Part shown: positions 25,801 through 38,567 of the stretch, one piece after another
How the letters are laid out: each line of letters begins with the position of its first letter
How positions within the stretch are numbered: the stretch's first letter is position 1
Assembly: GCA_010909165.1 (NCBI GenBank)
Contig: MU008173.1
Coordinates: 434,001-498,000, forward strand
Source of the DNA: Anthoceros angustus
Lineage: Eukaryota; Plantae; Anthocerotophyta
Direction: 5' to 3'
Length of the DNA stretch: 64,000 nt
Program-made: the position numbers and the translations under genes
The notes under the pieces: model-generated
Told to the model about the DNA's origin: nothing
What the model saw: the letters and a program-made list of their open reading frames with translations, nothing else
Database searches by the model: none

Positions 25801-28565
25801 AATCGCTTCCTCACTACCCGACGTGCATGCACCACCTTCTTGTGGCTCCTCCTCCGGACCTCCTTTGTTCCAGTTATTCTTGGGCAAGCCCCTCTTCTCC
25901 GCTTGCCAAGCACTCCTTCGCTCAGCTCTTGTCTTGCTTCTCGCTCGCTCCTCTTCCAAATTGTCGGGTCCTTCTCAACTCCTCTCCCATATCCGGATTT
26001 GATAGCTTGAGTAGCCATCACTGCTCATGTGCGGCCACTTGAGTTACCTTCTCCTTTCCTAGTGCCTCTGCTTTTCCTTTCTTGCTCTAATTGGGCAAAA
26101 TGCTCTTCGCCTTTTGCCTCCATGAATCCTTTGGGTTGTTGCCCGAATGGCTCTTTCTTGACTTGTGACAACTTCCCTCAGGCTTTCTCCGTGCGCCATC
26201 CATGAGGTGGGGAGCTTCTCCTGACCTTTCCAATTTGGCTGCCTTTTCATCGGACTCCATGGCCTTTTGCCATTTGGTCCTGCCTTTCTTAGGCCATGTC
26301 TTGAGATTTCACTTCCTCTTGGCATGCCCACAAGGAGGCTGCTAGGTCCCTAGCCCCTTCAAATCCACTGAGTGCTTCACAAGCTCCAGCAATTCTCCTA
26401 GGGGTCCTAATTCCACCCCTCTTCTTCTTGCTGGAAATTTCCAGCTCTCCACCCCGGGCCATCAGCGGCCCTCCCTTCACCTCCATCCGCTCTCCCACCC
26501 AGTAGCGGAGATGGTGGCCTCGCGCCGCTCGCGGCACCTCGTTCTTCTCCTTCCCTTCCACCTGCGTTTGCTGGCGCGGGGTGCCCCTGATGGTGCTCCC
26601 CTGTAGTCGCCTACCTACCATGGTGTGCTACGGTGGCCCACCCTTGGGTGGGCGCCTCCCTAGGGGTAGTCCGGGGTGCCTCTCGTAGGCACAAAGGAGA
26701 TGGTGGGGACTCCCCACTCCTGTCACCCCTCCTGTGGTCCTTCTCTCATAGACCACCATTCGGCCTTCCTCGGCCGGTTCCTCTTCTCCCTTGCTTGCTC
26801 ACAGCAGGAAGAGATTCCCACTCGGCAACCTTGTTGCCTCCGCATCTTCTCCTCTTGCTTCTAGCATGCTTGTGGAGTCGACCTCCCACCGTCTTCATGC
26901 AAAGGTAAAGGCCTTTCCAACCTCGGTGGAGTGGATGACCTCAAAGGGATGCCATGCATCTTCAAGCTCCTTGCTTGTGAGAAGTCCCTCGGTTTCCCAT
27001 AAATGCACCAAATAGGTGCTAAGGTAGGGGCCTTGGCCTTCCTCATCCACGAATTTGGCTTGAGGAGCTTCTCCGGTGGTGGATGTAGGCCTCATACATG
27101 ATAGTCCCCAATCCTTGGCTCCCATGGAAATCTTCCACAAAAATTGGAGGAAGTTGGTCTTTGAAATAAAGTGCGTTGGTAATTTACCACAGCACAATCT
27201 TTGCGAAGAGCCTCCACTTGACTCCTTGATGCTCTCGGTCATTCTTGGCGTGGCTCCTCCTCCATCCATCATGTCAAGGAACTCTGCGGGATGTCGGAGA
27301 GGGCTGTCCTCTTCCTCCATTGACCTTTCGAGAGCAATTCGAGCTCTCTTCCTCCGGTCTTCCATGAATACTTCCGGGCCGTCCAGCGGATCATCGCATT
27401 CCTCGTGCGGCGGGGCCTTCCGATTGATGGAGGTTGATGTAACACTCCTCAATCAATTCCAAATTGGTGTAGGCCATTGGCCCACCCTAGTTGGATGTTC
27501 TCCTCCTCAGCCTGAAAATCAACCAAATCTCGGGGTTGAGCTGCCCCAAAGCAAGTGAATTGAGGCATCACTCACCTCACAGCGCTACCTTCTTTTCCTT
27601 TCCTCCTCGCGAGGAGAGCCTTTGCTGGCGGCTCCTTCCCTTGCCTTTCGAGGCATGGTGGCGTTCCTTTCAAGCTCAAAGGAAATTACTCTCCAATTTG
27701 AGAGCTTCAAAATTTCACCTTCACTCTTCCTTGTTGCGGTAACACACTCACTGCGGCCGTTAGCCACAGCGAATGTTCAGTGCTGCCAACCTCTCCGTGG
27801 CCTTCCTTGGGTCGCCGAATTCCGCTCTTTCTCTCAATTTTACCCCGCGGTCTCAGTCTCCTTCTTGGCGCGCTCACACCCTCTTCCGGTGGTTGGCGCG
27901 TGGTGAGCTCCTTCCTTGCTTCCTCGCGCTTCCTTCCACGGTCTCCGTCTTTCGCGCTGGTCGGTCCTTTCTCGATGGCGCCAGCGAGCTCCGCGCTCGG
28001 CTTGCTCGCGGCGATGGCGTTCCTTCCCCCGCGTCTTCGCTCCAGCCAGCTCGTTCTGGCTTGAGTGAAGCGCGGTCAGCGCACTTTGCCTCCTTTGGAT
28101 ATACACGGACCTAGATTGGGTTCATCATTCCAAAATCCTAATTCTATCTAAACTACCTATTTTCCTATCTCGTTATCCTAATTAACGCTTCTAATTACTC
28201 TATATATTTATTCCCTATTGGTGAGCATATATAGTGGATATCCCCCTCTATTCTAAATTTCCTTTTTAGCGAGATTGTCGACCTACCACGGTGATACGCG
28301 GCTTACAGATGCTCCTTCTCGACTACGCGTGAGTGTGGCGACCTACGGTGATACCGACCTACCTTTGGGCCTCACGCGCAAATGCGGGGTCGTTTGACCC
28401 GTTCTTCTTCTGGGATATCCTCTTCATCTTCCTAACAATATCCTACAACTCCAGCTTCAAGATTCTCGGAAAATTTCTTGGCATGCTCCTCTTCAATCGT
28501 TCCTAGCCAAAAAAAATCAAACTTGTTTGTCTTGAGCTCTTTTGATTTGGTTGCCCCAAACTTTA
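22852..28565 (-). mobile_element. 3' region (after integrase) of a family-B Gypsy element, 5'-truncated, with internal triplication
   Basis: Inverted copy of 33500-37471, e.g. 28390-28560 vs 33505-33680. TTCCAATTTGGCTGCCTTTTCATCGGACTCCATGGCC occurs three times (about 24440, 24995, 26229). Confidence 0.85.
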
Positions 28566-29119
28566 AATTCACAATTATCTTTTTTTTTTTTGTATTCTTG
28601 GCGTGTCACATGCATTGTAGCTATGGTTGTAAAAGCGCATGAAAACCATTTTATATAAATATCTATAAATAAATTTATTATTCTTGACATGCAAGCTCAT
28701 TGCAAATATCATTGTAAAATGGTTTCTCAATTTATATTATATTATTGGATTATTCATTTTATTGTATATTCATTGCACATGCGTCGTAACTATGGTTATA
28801 AAATGCACAAAGCCAATATCCATGAATAAATATATTATTCTGATGTGGCATGTTTATTAAATCTTAAAATTTTGGAAGGACCTTTTCCTTATTTATGTAA
28901 TTTATGAGGTTATATATTAGTAAGATTCTTGATGTGGCATGCTTGTCGCAAATGCCGCTTGTAAATATGTGGAAGAGACCTTTTCCTGATTTATGTCATT
29001 TTATGAGGCTATATATTAGTGAAATTGATGGCATGTTCATTGCAAATACATTGTAAAATGTTATACAAATTTATCGATTTATAAATAGTGCCAGCATTGT
29101 AAATGTCGGTAAGAATTTT

Positions 29120-30070
29120 CCAGCTGTCCAAAACGAGGCATGCATCTTGGCACAGTCCACCAGAAGCGCCCACAAGCACGTTATCCAAATGTCCTCTTTG
29201 CACAAGGTGAGTGCGCCACCGCCCAGAAGGCACCAATGCTTGCACATGCCTTCAAAAGGCAAGCAAAAGTAACCTCATCGCCACAAGGTGCCCTCCTGTA
29301 TCTGGCCCATACAAAAATAGCGCCTCTTGACCAAGCCCTTTCTCCCATACCCAAAGAATCGTGGCATTCCAAGTCACCACATCCTTTGGGCTCAAGCATT
29401 CAAAAACTTGATGCGCATCTTCTACTTCGCCACACTTTGCCTACATGTCCACTGCAAGTGCCCACAAGTGTGTTATCTAGCCGCCTCTCTCCACAATCAG
29501 GAGTACCGCCGCTCAGAAGGCACTTGCTTGCACAGCCTTCTAAGGCAAGCAAAGGTAACATGGTTGCCCACAATCGCCTTCTCCATTTGTCCATGAACAA
29601 GCGCCTCTTGGCCAAGCCCATGATTTGCATACCCAACTATCGTGGCCCATGTCACGACATCCTTTCTCGCTTAACCTATCGAAAACCGTGTGTTGCTCTT
29701 CCAGCCACCACGCTATGCATATGTCCACCGATATTGGCAATAAACAAGTTCGGTGGAATGTCACTGCAACATATCATGCCGCACTTTTCTCGCTAGATTC
29801 CGTGTCCACAAAGAAATGCACAAGCTTGAAGGGTCTACAAAGATGTGGGCATCCGCCACACAGAGCGACACATCGATAGTAAAGTTGTATCGCCTCATTA
29901 GGCTCCCCATGTGTAGCATGTGCGGAGATTATTGAAAACCACATGAAGGGATTTGGTTTGCCCACCCTCCGTAGCCTACCTCCGATACATACATCCGCAA
30001 GATATGGTTCCCAAGTATGTGATTGACTGCACTCCAAGTTTGACGTGAGATCATGAACGCCATTCATCCC
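29120..30070 (-). pseudogene. PLS-class pentatricopeptide repeat (PPR) gene remnant
   Basis: Frameshifted motifs GEPNEAIQLYY, HVTFACL, KCGEVEDAHQVFECLSPKDVVTWNA and DEVTFACLLKACASIGA. Confidence 0.8.
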
Positions 30071-30574
30071 ACAACCATGTCCTTCTTATCTCGCACAAAG
30101 TTTTAGCACATATATAAGATGGATCGAGGAATAGAATAGTCTATCTACGCCAGATTTTACAGAGCTCCAACGGCCTCGAAGCTTCTCACTCACATAACGC
30201 CGATGGTTACAGTGTCACGACTCCCATATCCAATCCGCACACCTCCTGTGCTCAGCTTGAGAGCTCGACTTGGAAGGAGAAGCACAATGACCCACCGCAT
30301 ATTCAAAGAAACAAGCTTCTCATCCAACAAGTCGGGCTTGAACATGTTGTTTAACCCGAGGACCTCACCGGACTTTGCACCGAATGTTAGCGAGAGAGCC
30401 TCTTACCTCGCCTAGTTTCCCACGCACAAGAGGGGAGTCCTAGGAAGTGGTGATGGAGGACGGTTACTTGGTGTGGTCACACCGAGAAGCGTGGCCGCCA
30501 AGTCCGCTACGAGTCCAGTCCCATCTATTCAAATAGGTAGTCAAGTCCAAGTCCTGGTCTTTGGGGTTTAAGAA

Positions 30575-30790
30575 ACAAGTCCTTGGTCTTGGTTTAATGA
30601 TGTTCCTTGGTCCTTGGGAAAAGTAGCAAGTAGATAGAAGCCTATTTCGAGTCCTTGGTCTTCGGGCTAAGGATGTTCCTTGGTCCTTGGGAAAATGGTA
30701 TGTAGATAGAAACCTAGTCCTTGGTCTTCGGAAGGATGTTCCTTGGTCCTTGGGAAAGTAGCATGTAGATAGAAACCTATTTCGAGGGCC
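30575..30790. repeat. Short tandem repeat of about 65-75 bp, about 3 copies
   Basis: Repeated TCCTTGGTCTT...GATGTTCCTTGGTCCTTGGGAAA...GTAGATAGAA.CCTA. Confidence 0.7.
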
Positions 30791-30959
30791 GAGGAAGGCA
30801 ACTTCCTTGAACCATGGGAATTCGCTTTTCTAGATATTGCATGTAGGGCTATATATGCATGTTAGGTAGACTGCAGGGGTAAAATTGGCCGACTCATCAA
30901 GGGCCCCAGACATGTATAATCTCGCTACTCCATGGTGGAGTAGTGAGTTCAACCTAGGC

Positions 30960-33440
30960 GGAGTATACCGTTGAAAATTTTATAGCAACTCGCGAATCTA
31001 GGTAGGAATCCTAGTGTACTTTTGGATTGCCTTTCGCAATTCCAATGGAGATACACTAGGACAATCACTCGATTATGTGCTACATATAAAGATTGGTATG
31101 ACAGAGGGTATCCTGTGGCACATCGAGTTTCGTGAGCGAGGATTGCAGATAAGGAGAAGGTAGCAAATATAGAGATGGACGCACCACAAACGGTGAGGCA
31201 AAGGCTTTTGTAGGGCTGGTAGGATATTACAGAGGTTCATCAAGGATTTCGCCAAGAAGGCAGCCTTGTTGACACAATTGACCAAGAAGGATACACCGCT
31301 CGAATGGAACGCGAGGTGAGGCTTTTCGCAGCTTGAAGGAGCTTTGGTGAGCCAACGCTTAACCACCGATTGGGAAAACCGCTTTCATGTATACGTAGAT
31401 GTGTCCGCCACGCCATTGGGACCGCTCGTAAGGAGAAGAAGGACCATCCGATTTTCTATGCCAGAGATGTCAGACTAAAAGAACTACTCAACTACGGAGC
31501 GGGAGGGTCTTGGTATCATTTACTCGTAAGAAGTTTAGACACTATCCGCTTGCTTGCAAGGTGACGCTTCATGTTGACCATTTTGCTGAAGTATCTTGTC
31601 ACGATTTGTCGTGAAGGATTGCTGTGGGTACTATCGCTGCAAGAGTTTGACTACGACGCCGAAACCGACTGTGAAAGCAACATCGTAACGCTGATTTCAT
31701 TTCTCGAAACCGGAGAGCGACTTGAGGGACGACCGATTTCCGACGAGGAGTTGGTCGCCACGACTGGTCAAGGAGAAGGACACGAGCATAATGAAGACGG
31801 CCTAAGAAGTGATCTTGTCTAGAAGAGAGGCCAAGTGAGCAAGAAGGAACGTTAAAAAGCCGCAGCAGGACAACTGGAGATCCGGAGGGAGAGCGGCCAC
31901 AGGGCGCGAGGAGGAGACTCAAATGCTCAAGGGTGAGCAGCCGGAGTACTGCAAGTGAGGCCACGAGTTGGCAACAGGAAGGAGATGCATCCCATGACAA
32001 GCTTGAAGAAAACTGCAGGAGAAGGAAATGGCAGGGTCATGGGAAATCGCCCATGAGGCGACCATGGGGCACGAGAAGGGCCAAGCCGTGAGGCCAGGCC
32101 GGCAGAAGAAGGCGAAGTCGGCCCATTGCTGGAAGAGGAGTATGCATGAGCCGAAAACCAAGTATGTGAACCTAGGAGAAGCAAGGAGGCGATGGATTTA
32201 GGATAGATCCACGCCACTTGGGGCTGCCACCGACGAGCTAGCGTGAGGCGGTGGTACGCCTGGAGGAGGAGATTGGAACGCGAGGGCGTTCGTGTCCGAG
32301 ATATCTGCTGAATGGGAGGTACGCAAATTCGGAGCATGGAACCATGCCCAAGGGTTGTCTGTGAGGCGAGCTGTCTTTCTCCATAAAGCCTCGCCTCATC
32401 GCTTGAGGGCGGTGTCCTGCATAAACAAGACGACAAAATTCGGAGATGCCTCGACGCTGAAGAAGCTTCACTGTCACGAGGCATTACATGCGTAAGAGGT
32501 GGACACTATTCGCACAGTGACCGTTAAGAAGATTTTGAATGCGGATTCGTGGGCTACGGCAAAAGGATGTGGGAGTTCACCGGAGGTGTGACGCGGTCGA
32601 GGGTTGGACGCACGTTGTCGACACAATGGCCTCTTACCTACATCTTACCACCGCACCTTCGAGAAGTGGGGATCGATCAGAGGACCGATCAAACCACCAA
32701 CGCAATGGACTAAGAAGTGACATTTTGGTGGCCACGGACTATTGTACAAAGATGGTGGAAGACGAGGAAGGATGACGACCAGGCCAAATTTTTATTCGAG
32801 AACATCATAACGAGGTATGGATGTCCTTTAGAGTTGGTCACGACGGGGACACATTTCCTCAACTCGGTAGTCCCTAACCACCTACTTCAACATCCAAGAT
32901 CGAAGACGACTCCTTACAACCCAAAGGCAAACGGACCGACGGAGAAGACGAATGGGTTGCTCGCACAATCCTCACCAAGGTAATCGTGACACACATGTAT
33001 GATTGGGATGCTAAGTTGCACTGTGGGGCCTACGACATGGAGAAGATAACCACAAAGAAGACACCATATTATTTAACATATGGTATGTCTCGTGATGCCC
33101 GTGGAATTTGAAGTACCTACCCACAGGATCATGGAGGATGAACGGATGATCAGAGGATAGTAGCTAGGTTAGAAGCTTCATAGGTGAGGAGCATAGGGAG
33201 GATGCTTTAGAAGAAACATGGATTCGTGAACTCGTAAAAGATCGCATGATGGGAAGTTAAGGAAGCAAGAGACTATCGTGGACGGGATTTTGGTTCTTCT
33301 ATATGATAGTCACCTAGACTTTCCAGGAAGCTCAGCCGAGATGGATGGGACCTACGAGGTGGTCGCAGATACAGAATGGATCCGTAACTGCATTGGGCGG
33401 CGAATTACCGCCACTGCAGTCAATGGGTGGAAGGTCAAGA
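30960..33440 (+). pseudogene. Degenerate pol (RT-RNase H-integrase)
   Basis: Motifs as above, spread over several frames. The RT-RH-IN order is that of Ty3/Gypsy. Confidence 0.85.
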
Positions 33441-34599
33441 AGTACCCACCCAGGTACGCTGTTCGAGGACGCAAACAGATGAGGTGGGGAGTATGTGGAA
33501 CGCAAAAGTTTGGGCAACCAGCCCAAAAGAGTCAAGACAAACAAGTTTGATTTTTTTTGGCTAGGAACGATTGAAGAGGAGCATGCCAAGAAATTTTCGA
33601 GAATCTTGAAGCAGTTGTAGGATATTGTTAGGAAGATGAAGAGGATATCCCAGAAGAAGAACGGGTCAAACGACCCTGACGAGGCGGTGAGGGCAAAGGT
33701 TGGTAGGTCGGTGCATCACCGTAGGGTCGCCACACTACGCCGGTAGGTCGAGAAGGGAAGCGTATCATCAGCAAGTGACTAGTAGGTCCTAATCGCCAAA
33801 AAAGGAAATTTAGAATAGAGGGGATATCCACTATATATGCTCACCAATAGGGAATAAATATATAGAGTAATTAGGTTAATTAGGATAACGAGCAAGATAG
33901 GAAAATAGGTAGTTTAGATAGAATTAGGATTTTGGAATGATGAATCCAATCTAGGGTGCGGCACCGTGGCGCATATCCAAAGAGGCAAAGTGCTTTGGCG
34001 CCTCCACTTCGAAGAGCTAGAACGAGCCGGGAGTTGGAGCGAAGACGGAAGGAAGGAAAGCCGCCATCGCCGCGAGCAAGCCGAGCGAGGCGGAGCGCCG
34101 GCGCCATCGAAAGGAACCCAAGAAAGCGACGGAGACCGGTGGAAGGAAAAAGCGAGTACCGAAGCAAGGAAGGGAGCTCACCACGCCCAACCACCGGAAG
34201 AGGAAGTGAGCGACCAAGAAGAAGGAGCACTGGAGAGCGGCGTGAAAATTGAGAGCGGAAGAGCCAGAATTGGTGGCGACGCCTCGGAAGGCCACGGAGA
34301 GAAGGCAGCTGGAACATTGCTGTTAACGCAGGCTGCGTATGAGTGTGACCAACAAGGAAGAGGAAGTGAAATTGAAGCTCTCAAATTGAGAGTAATTTCC
34401 TTCCTGTGAGCGCTTGAAGGAACCACCATGCCTCGAGTGGGAAAGGCAAGGGAAGGAGCCACAGCAAAGGCTCTTCCTCGCGAGGAGGAAAGGAAAGAAG
34501 GTGGAGCTCGCCAGAGGGGAGGCGAATGCCTCAATTCACTTGCTTTGCCGGGCAGCTCAACCCCGAGATTTAGTGATTTTCGGCAAGGCGGAGGAGGAG

Positions 34600-35250
34600 A
34601 ACATCCAACATGGGTGTATGGCCGCCAATGGCCTACACCAATTTGGAATTGATTGAGGAGTGTTACATCAACCTCCATCAATCGGCAGCCCTGCCGCACT
34701 AATGAGAGGAATGCTCCCGATCCGCTGCTCGGACAAGTATTCGATGTGTATGGAAGACCGGAGGAAGAGAGCTCGAATTGCTCTCTCGAAAGGTCGAATG
34801 GAGGAAGAGGACATCTCGACATCCCGCAGGAGTTCCTTGACATGATGGATGGAGGAGTGAAAGCCCACGCCAAGAATGGCTGGAAGACCGAGAGCATCAA
34901 GGAGTCAAGTGGAGGCTCGCAAAGATTGTGCTGGGGTTGGTAAATTACCAACGCACTTCTTATTTCAAAGACCAACTTCCTCCAATTTTTGTGGAAGATT
35001 TCCATGGGAGCCAAGCCGATTGGGGACTATCATGCGAGGCCTACATCCACCATCGAGAAGCTCCTCAAGCCAAATTGTGGATGAGGAAGGGCCAAGGTGC
35101 TACCTTAGCACCTATTTGGTGCATTTATGGGAAAACCGAGGGACTCTCACAAGCAAGGAGCTTGAAGATGCATGGCATCCCTTTGAGGTCATCCACCTCC
35201 AGAGGTTGGAAAGGCCTTTACCTTTGCATTGGAAGACGGTGGGAGGTCGA
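34600..35250 (+). pseudogene. Extra 3' ORF, Athila env-like / Transposase_32-like
   Basis: GVW...YTNLELIEECYINL ... DWGL.(M)..AY ... YLSTYLVHLW. Homologous copies at 26900-27500 (-) and in each unit of 13170-17620. The pattern resembles the LVREFYANL...IDVG.II motif of Athila 3' ORFs. Confidence 0.5.
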
Positions 35251-37471
35251 CCTCAAGCATGCTAGAAGCAAGAGGAGATGGAGGCAACAAGGCGAGTGGG
35301 AATCCTTTCCACAGGAGCAAGCAAGGGAGAGGAAGAAGCCGAGGAAGGCCGAATGGTGGTCTATGAGAGAAGGACCAGAGGGGTGATGCCCCAGAGTGGG
35401 GAGTCCCCACCATCTCCTTTGTGCCTACGAGAGAGGCACCCGGCTGACTACTAGGGAGGCCACCCAAGGGGTATGGGCCACCACCATGGTAGGCACTCAC
35501 CAGGGGGAGCAGCCCACCGCTGGTAGGCACCCCACGCCAAAAGCAGCCCCACGGTGGTGGAAGGGAAGGAGAAGAACGCGAGGTGCGAAGGGCGCCGAGG
35601 CCACCATCTCCGCTACCGGGTGGGGAGAGGATGGAGCGACGGAAGGGACCTGCCGCCACGATGGCCCGAAGTGTGAGAGCTGAAATTTCAAAGAAGAAGA
35701 GGTGGAATTAGGACCCCTAGGAGAATTGCTGGAGCTTGTGAAGCACTCACCGGTGGATTTGAAGGGGCTAGGGACCTAGCAGCCTTGTGGGCATGCCAAG
35801 AGGAAGTGAAATCTCAAGACATGGAAGAAAGGCAGGACTATGGCAAAGCCATGGAGTCCGATGAAAAGGCAGCCAAATTGGAAAAGGTCAGGAGAAGCCC
35901 CGACCTCATAGAACAGCGCATGAGAAGGTCGAGGGAAGTTGTCACAAGTCAAGAAAGAGCCATTCGGGCAACAACCCAAGGATTCTTGGAGGCAAAAGGA
36001 AGAGCATTTTGCCCAATGGAGCAAGAAGGAAAAGCAAGGCCGAGGCACTAGGAAGGAGAAGCAACTCAAAGTGGATGAGCAGTGATGGCTACTCAAGCTA
36101 TCAATCCGGATATGGAGAGGAGTTGAGAAGGACCCGACAATTTGGAAGAGGAGTGAGCGAGAAGCACAAGACCGTGAGTCGGAGCGAAGGAATGCTTGGG
36201 GAGAAAGAGGGGCTTCAAGAATTAGTGCACTGGAACAAAGGAGGTCTCAGAGGAGGAGCCACAAGAAGGTGGTGCATGTACGTAGTAGTGAGGATTTTAA
36301 GACTATGCCCTTCGTGCAAAATTGGCCAGCCACCAAAGGAAGTGAGGGAGGAGAATGTAACCTCCATGTGAAGGTGGGAGAATTAACCACAAGAGATGCC
36401 TACAAGGTAGGTGCGAGGATGGAGAGGCCCACGGAGATTGATGATCTCCAAATGCGATCACAACTTGGGGCTCACCTCCACAACAGATCTTGAAGGCCAA
36501 CAACGAAGTCTTACGGTTGGCCAAAAGGAGGACATTGGGTCCTCATGATGATGATGAAGGAGCCGCAACAAGTGCAGCAGAGGCCTCCGATTTTGATGAG
36601 GCCATCACGAAATGGACTCGAGGAACTGAGGAGTCGAGGTGAAGGAGCCACCGCGACACCGTGATCGGGAGACGGCGAGAGCAAGGAGAGGGACAGCCTC
36701 AGGGGTCACCCTACTCAGTGACCCCACCACGGTAGTCCACCGTGGGGGATGCACACACGCCGTAGTCCGCTGACCACCGGGGCAGCCGCGGCACGGCAGT
36801 TGTGGGGAGTTGGGACGCGGGCCCAATCAAGATGGAAAGGCCGGGGTGCAGAGTATACCCAAGGGAGCACTGGGGTGGTGGGAGAGACAACCCCACCGGA
36901 GGAAACTAAGGACGGGTCCACCACGAGGAGGAAGGGTGAGGAATCCTTATCCCACGAAGGGGAGGAACCGGACCCGAGGAGGAGTCCAACGAAAAAGGGC
37001 CCGAGAGATTAGGCAAATATGGTGGGGATGGGGATGAAGGGTGCTCTATGATAGGTATGGACAAACCAAGGCAAAGAGCAATGAAGATCCCGACCCAAGA
37101 AACCCTCACCGAGCGGAGAAGGGAAAGAAGGAAGTAAGAGTTAGGGCCGACTACCACGATGGTCACTACCCCTAGTCCGACTACCGCGGTAGGGTGCGAA
37201 TAAATGCGCGCAGAGGCGGCCGGAGATGGAGGAAGGAGGTGCGCGGGCGCGGGAAGCGGCTGGAGGCCGAGGAATCCACGCCGCCCGCATGAGATGGAGG
37301 AAGGGGCAAGATTGTACTTGCCCCACACATTAGGAAGCGACAAAGCCGGGAAGGGCAAGAGCAAAAGGAGGCGAGGGAGCCAATCCACCACGACACGCCC
37401 TACCCCAGTGGTGAAGACTAGATATGGTCAAGGGCCATAAATGCTAGGTAGAAGAATAGGAAGGATAGTGA

Positions 37472-38567
37472 TGTAATCGACATCCTTCGAGGATAGACTT
37501 AGGTGAAGTTGCTAGAATAGATTTACCAAGAAATGCATAATAGATTTAGGTGCCGATATTAAATGTCATGTAGGAAATAATTGGAAAAGGTGACCGCAAG
37601 GGTCACCCAAGGGAGGTTGTATGTGGAAGGCCTCCTATAAGAGGAGGAGGTTTCACAAAGTAAAGTATCATGTCTGCGCCCACGCCACCGAGTCCTTTGC
37701 CATTACAGAGGAATTTCGTGTCGGTGTGAGCCAACAGTCATTCGTAGAGAGGAAGTCGTGGTCTGAGTGTTGGTGGAGGACTTGCTCGCAAGTGCCTAAA
37801 CGAGTTGCTCCTTGTGAATGGTTGCCGTGAAATTGCTTTGCTTTGGGTGTGTGGCAAATGCCCAGAACTCTTTGAGGGTAGACTACAGGAAAGACTGGAG
37901 GTTCTCCCGTGTGTCAAACTCATAGCAACCGCCCAAGGAAGAACTTGTGGAGGCGACCTGTGCCAGCTGTAAGGGCGAGTCGAAACCAAGAAGCCCGAAT
38001 CGAGGTTAGACTAGGAGGAAGAGGATGAGGAGATGAGAAGATGAGTAGAGGATTAGAGGTGTAGGTGTTAGTGGAAGGCCACAGTGAGCCTAAGGGACGA
38101 ATCCCAACCGCAAGTAAACGAGCGCCCCGAGTGGAGAAGAGTAGTCTTAGTAGGGACGAATCGTGTGAACTGGGGTCCCCGGGCGCCCGTGGTAGGCTTT
38201 GTCACGAGGCAAGGTGACTCGAATTGTGTTGTGTCGTTGTAGGTCAAGTTTGGTCTTAGAAGTAGGGACGAAATCATGTGAACTGTGGGGTCCCTCGGCG
38301 CCTGGTAGGCTCCTTGTCCGAGGCAGACCCGCAATTGTTTGTGTCGCTGTGGGTCGAGGGTTGGCGATTCAAGCAAGTGGTGGTGCACTGCCGGAGAGGG
38401 AGAGTAGGGCGCCTTGCTTGTTGAGAAGGCCGAGAGTGTGTGTAGCGACGGCATCACAAGGCCTCGAACTTTCACACAAGTCTCATGGGACGAACCCAAC
38501 GACGGGCTTTTGCTGGGATAAGTGGTCATATAGAGGAGGACCTCGAGTCCCGATCCTCCCTACCACA
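37472..38567 (+). repeat. LTR-B (3' LTR, about 1.1 kb)
   Basis: TGTAATCGACATCC...CCTACCACA, preceded by a PPT and followed by unrelated AT-rich DNA. Confidence 0.9.

Larger units (their letters stand above)
30900..38567 (+). mobile_element. 5'-truncated family-B Ty3/Gypsy element: RT C-terminus, RNase H, integrase, long 3' region, 3' LTR
   Basis: GLVGYY.RFIKDFAKK and FHVYVD (RT/RH, about 31200-31400), KDHPIFYA, LQEFDY, KWGID, ATDYCTK, FENIITRYGCPLELV (integrase, about 32650-32850). PPT at 37445-37471. Confidence 0.9.

Noticed and set aside
10392-28114. The many short overlapping ORFs in the track as independent genes
   Set aside because: They are alternative-frame or antisense readings of GC-rich, frameshifted retroelement sequence.
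21773-38567. Invertible (shufflon or phase-variation-like) cassette
   Set aside because: The inverted arms are ordinary LTR-element copies and there is no recombinase gene.
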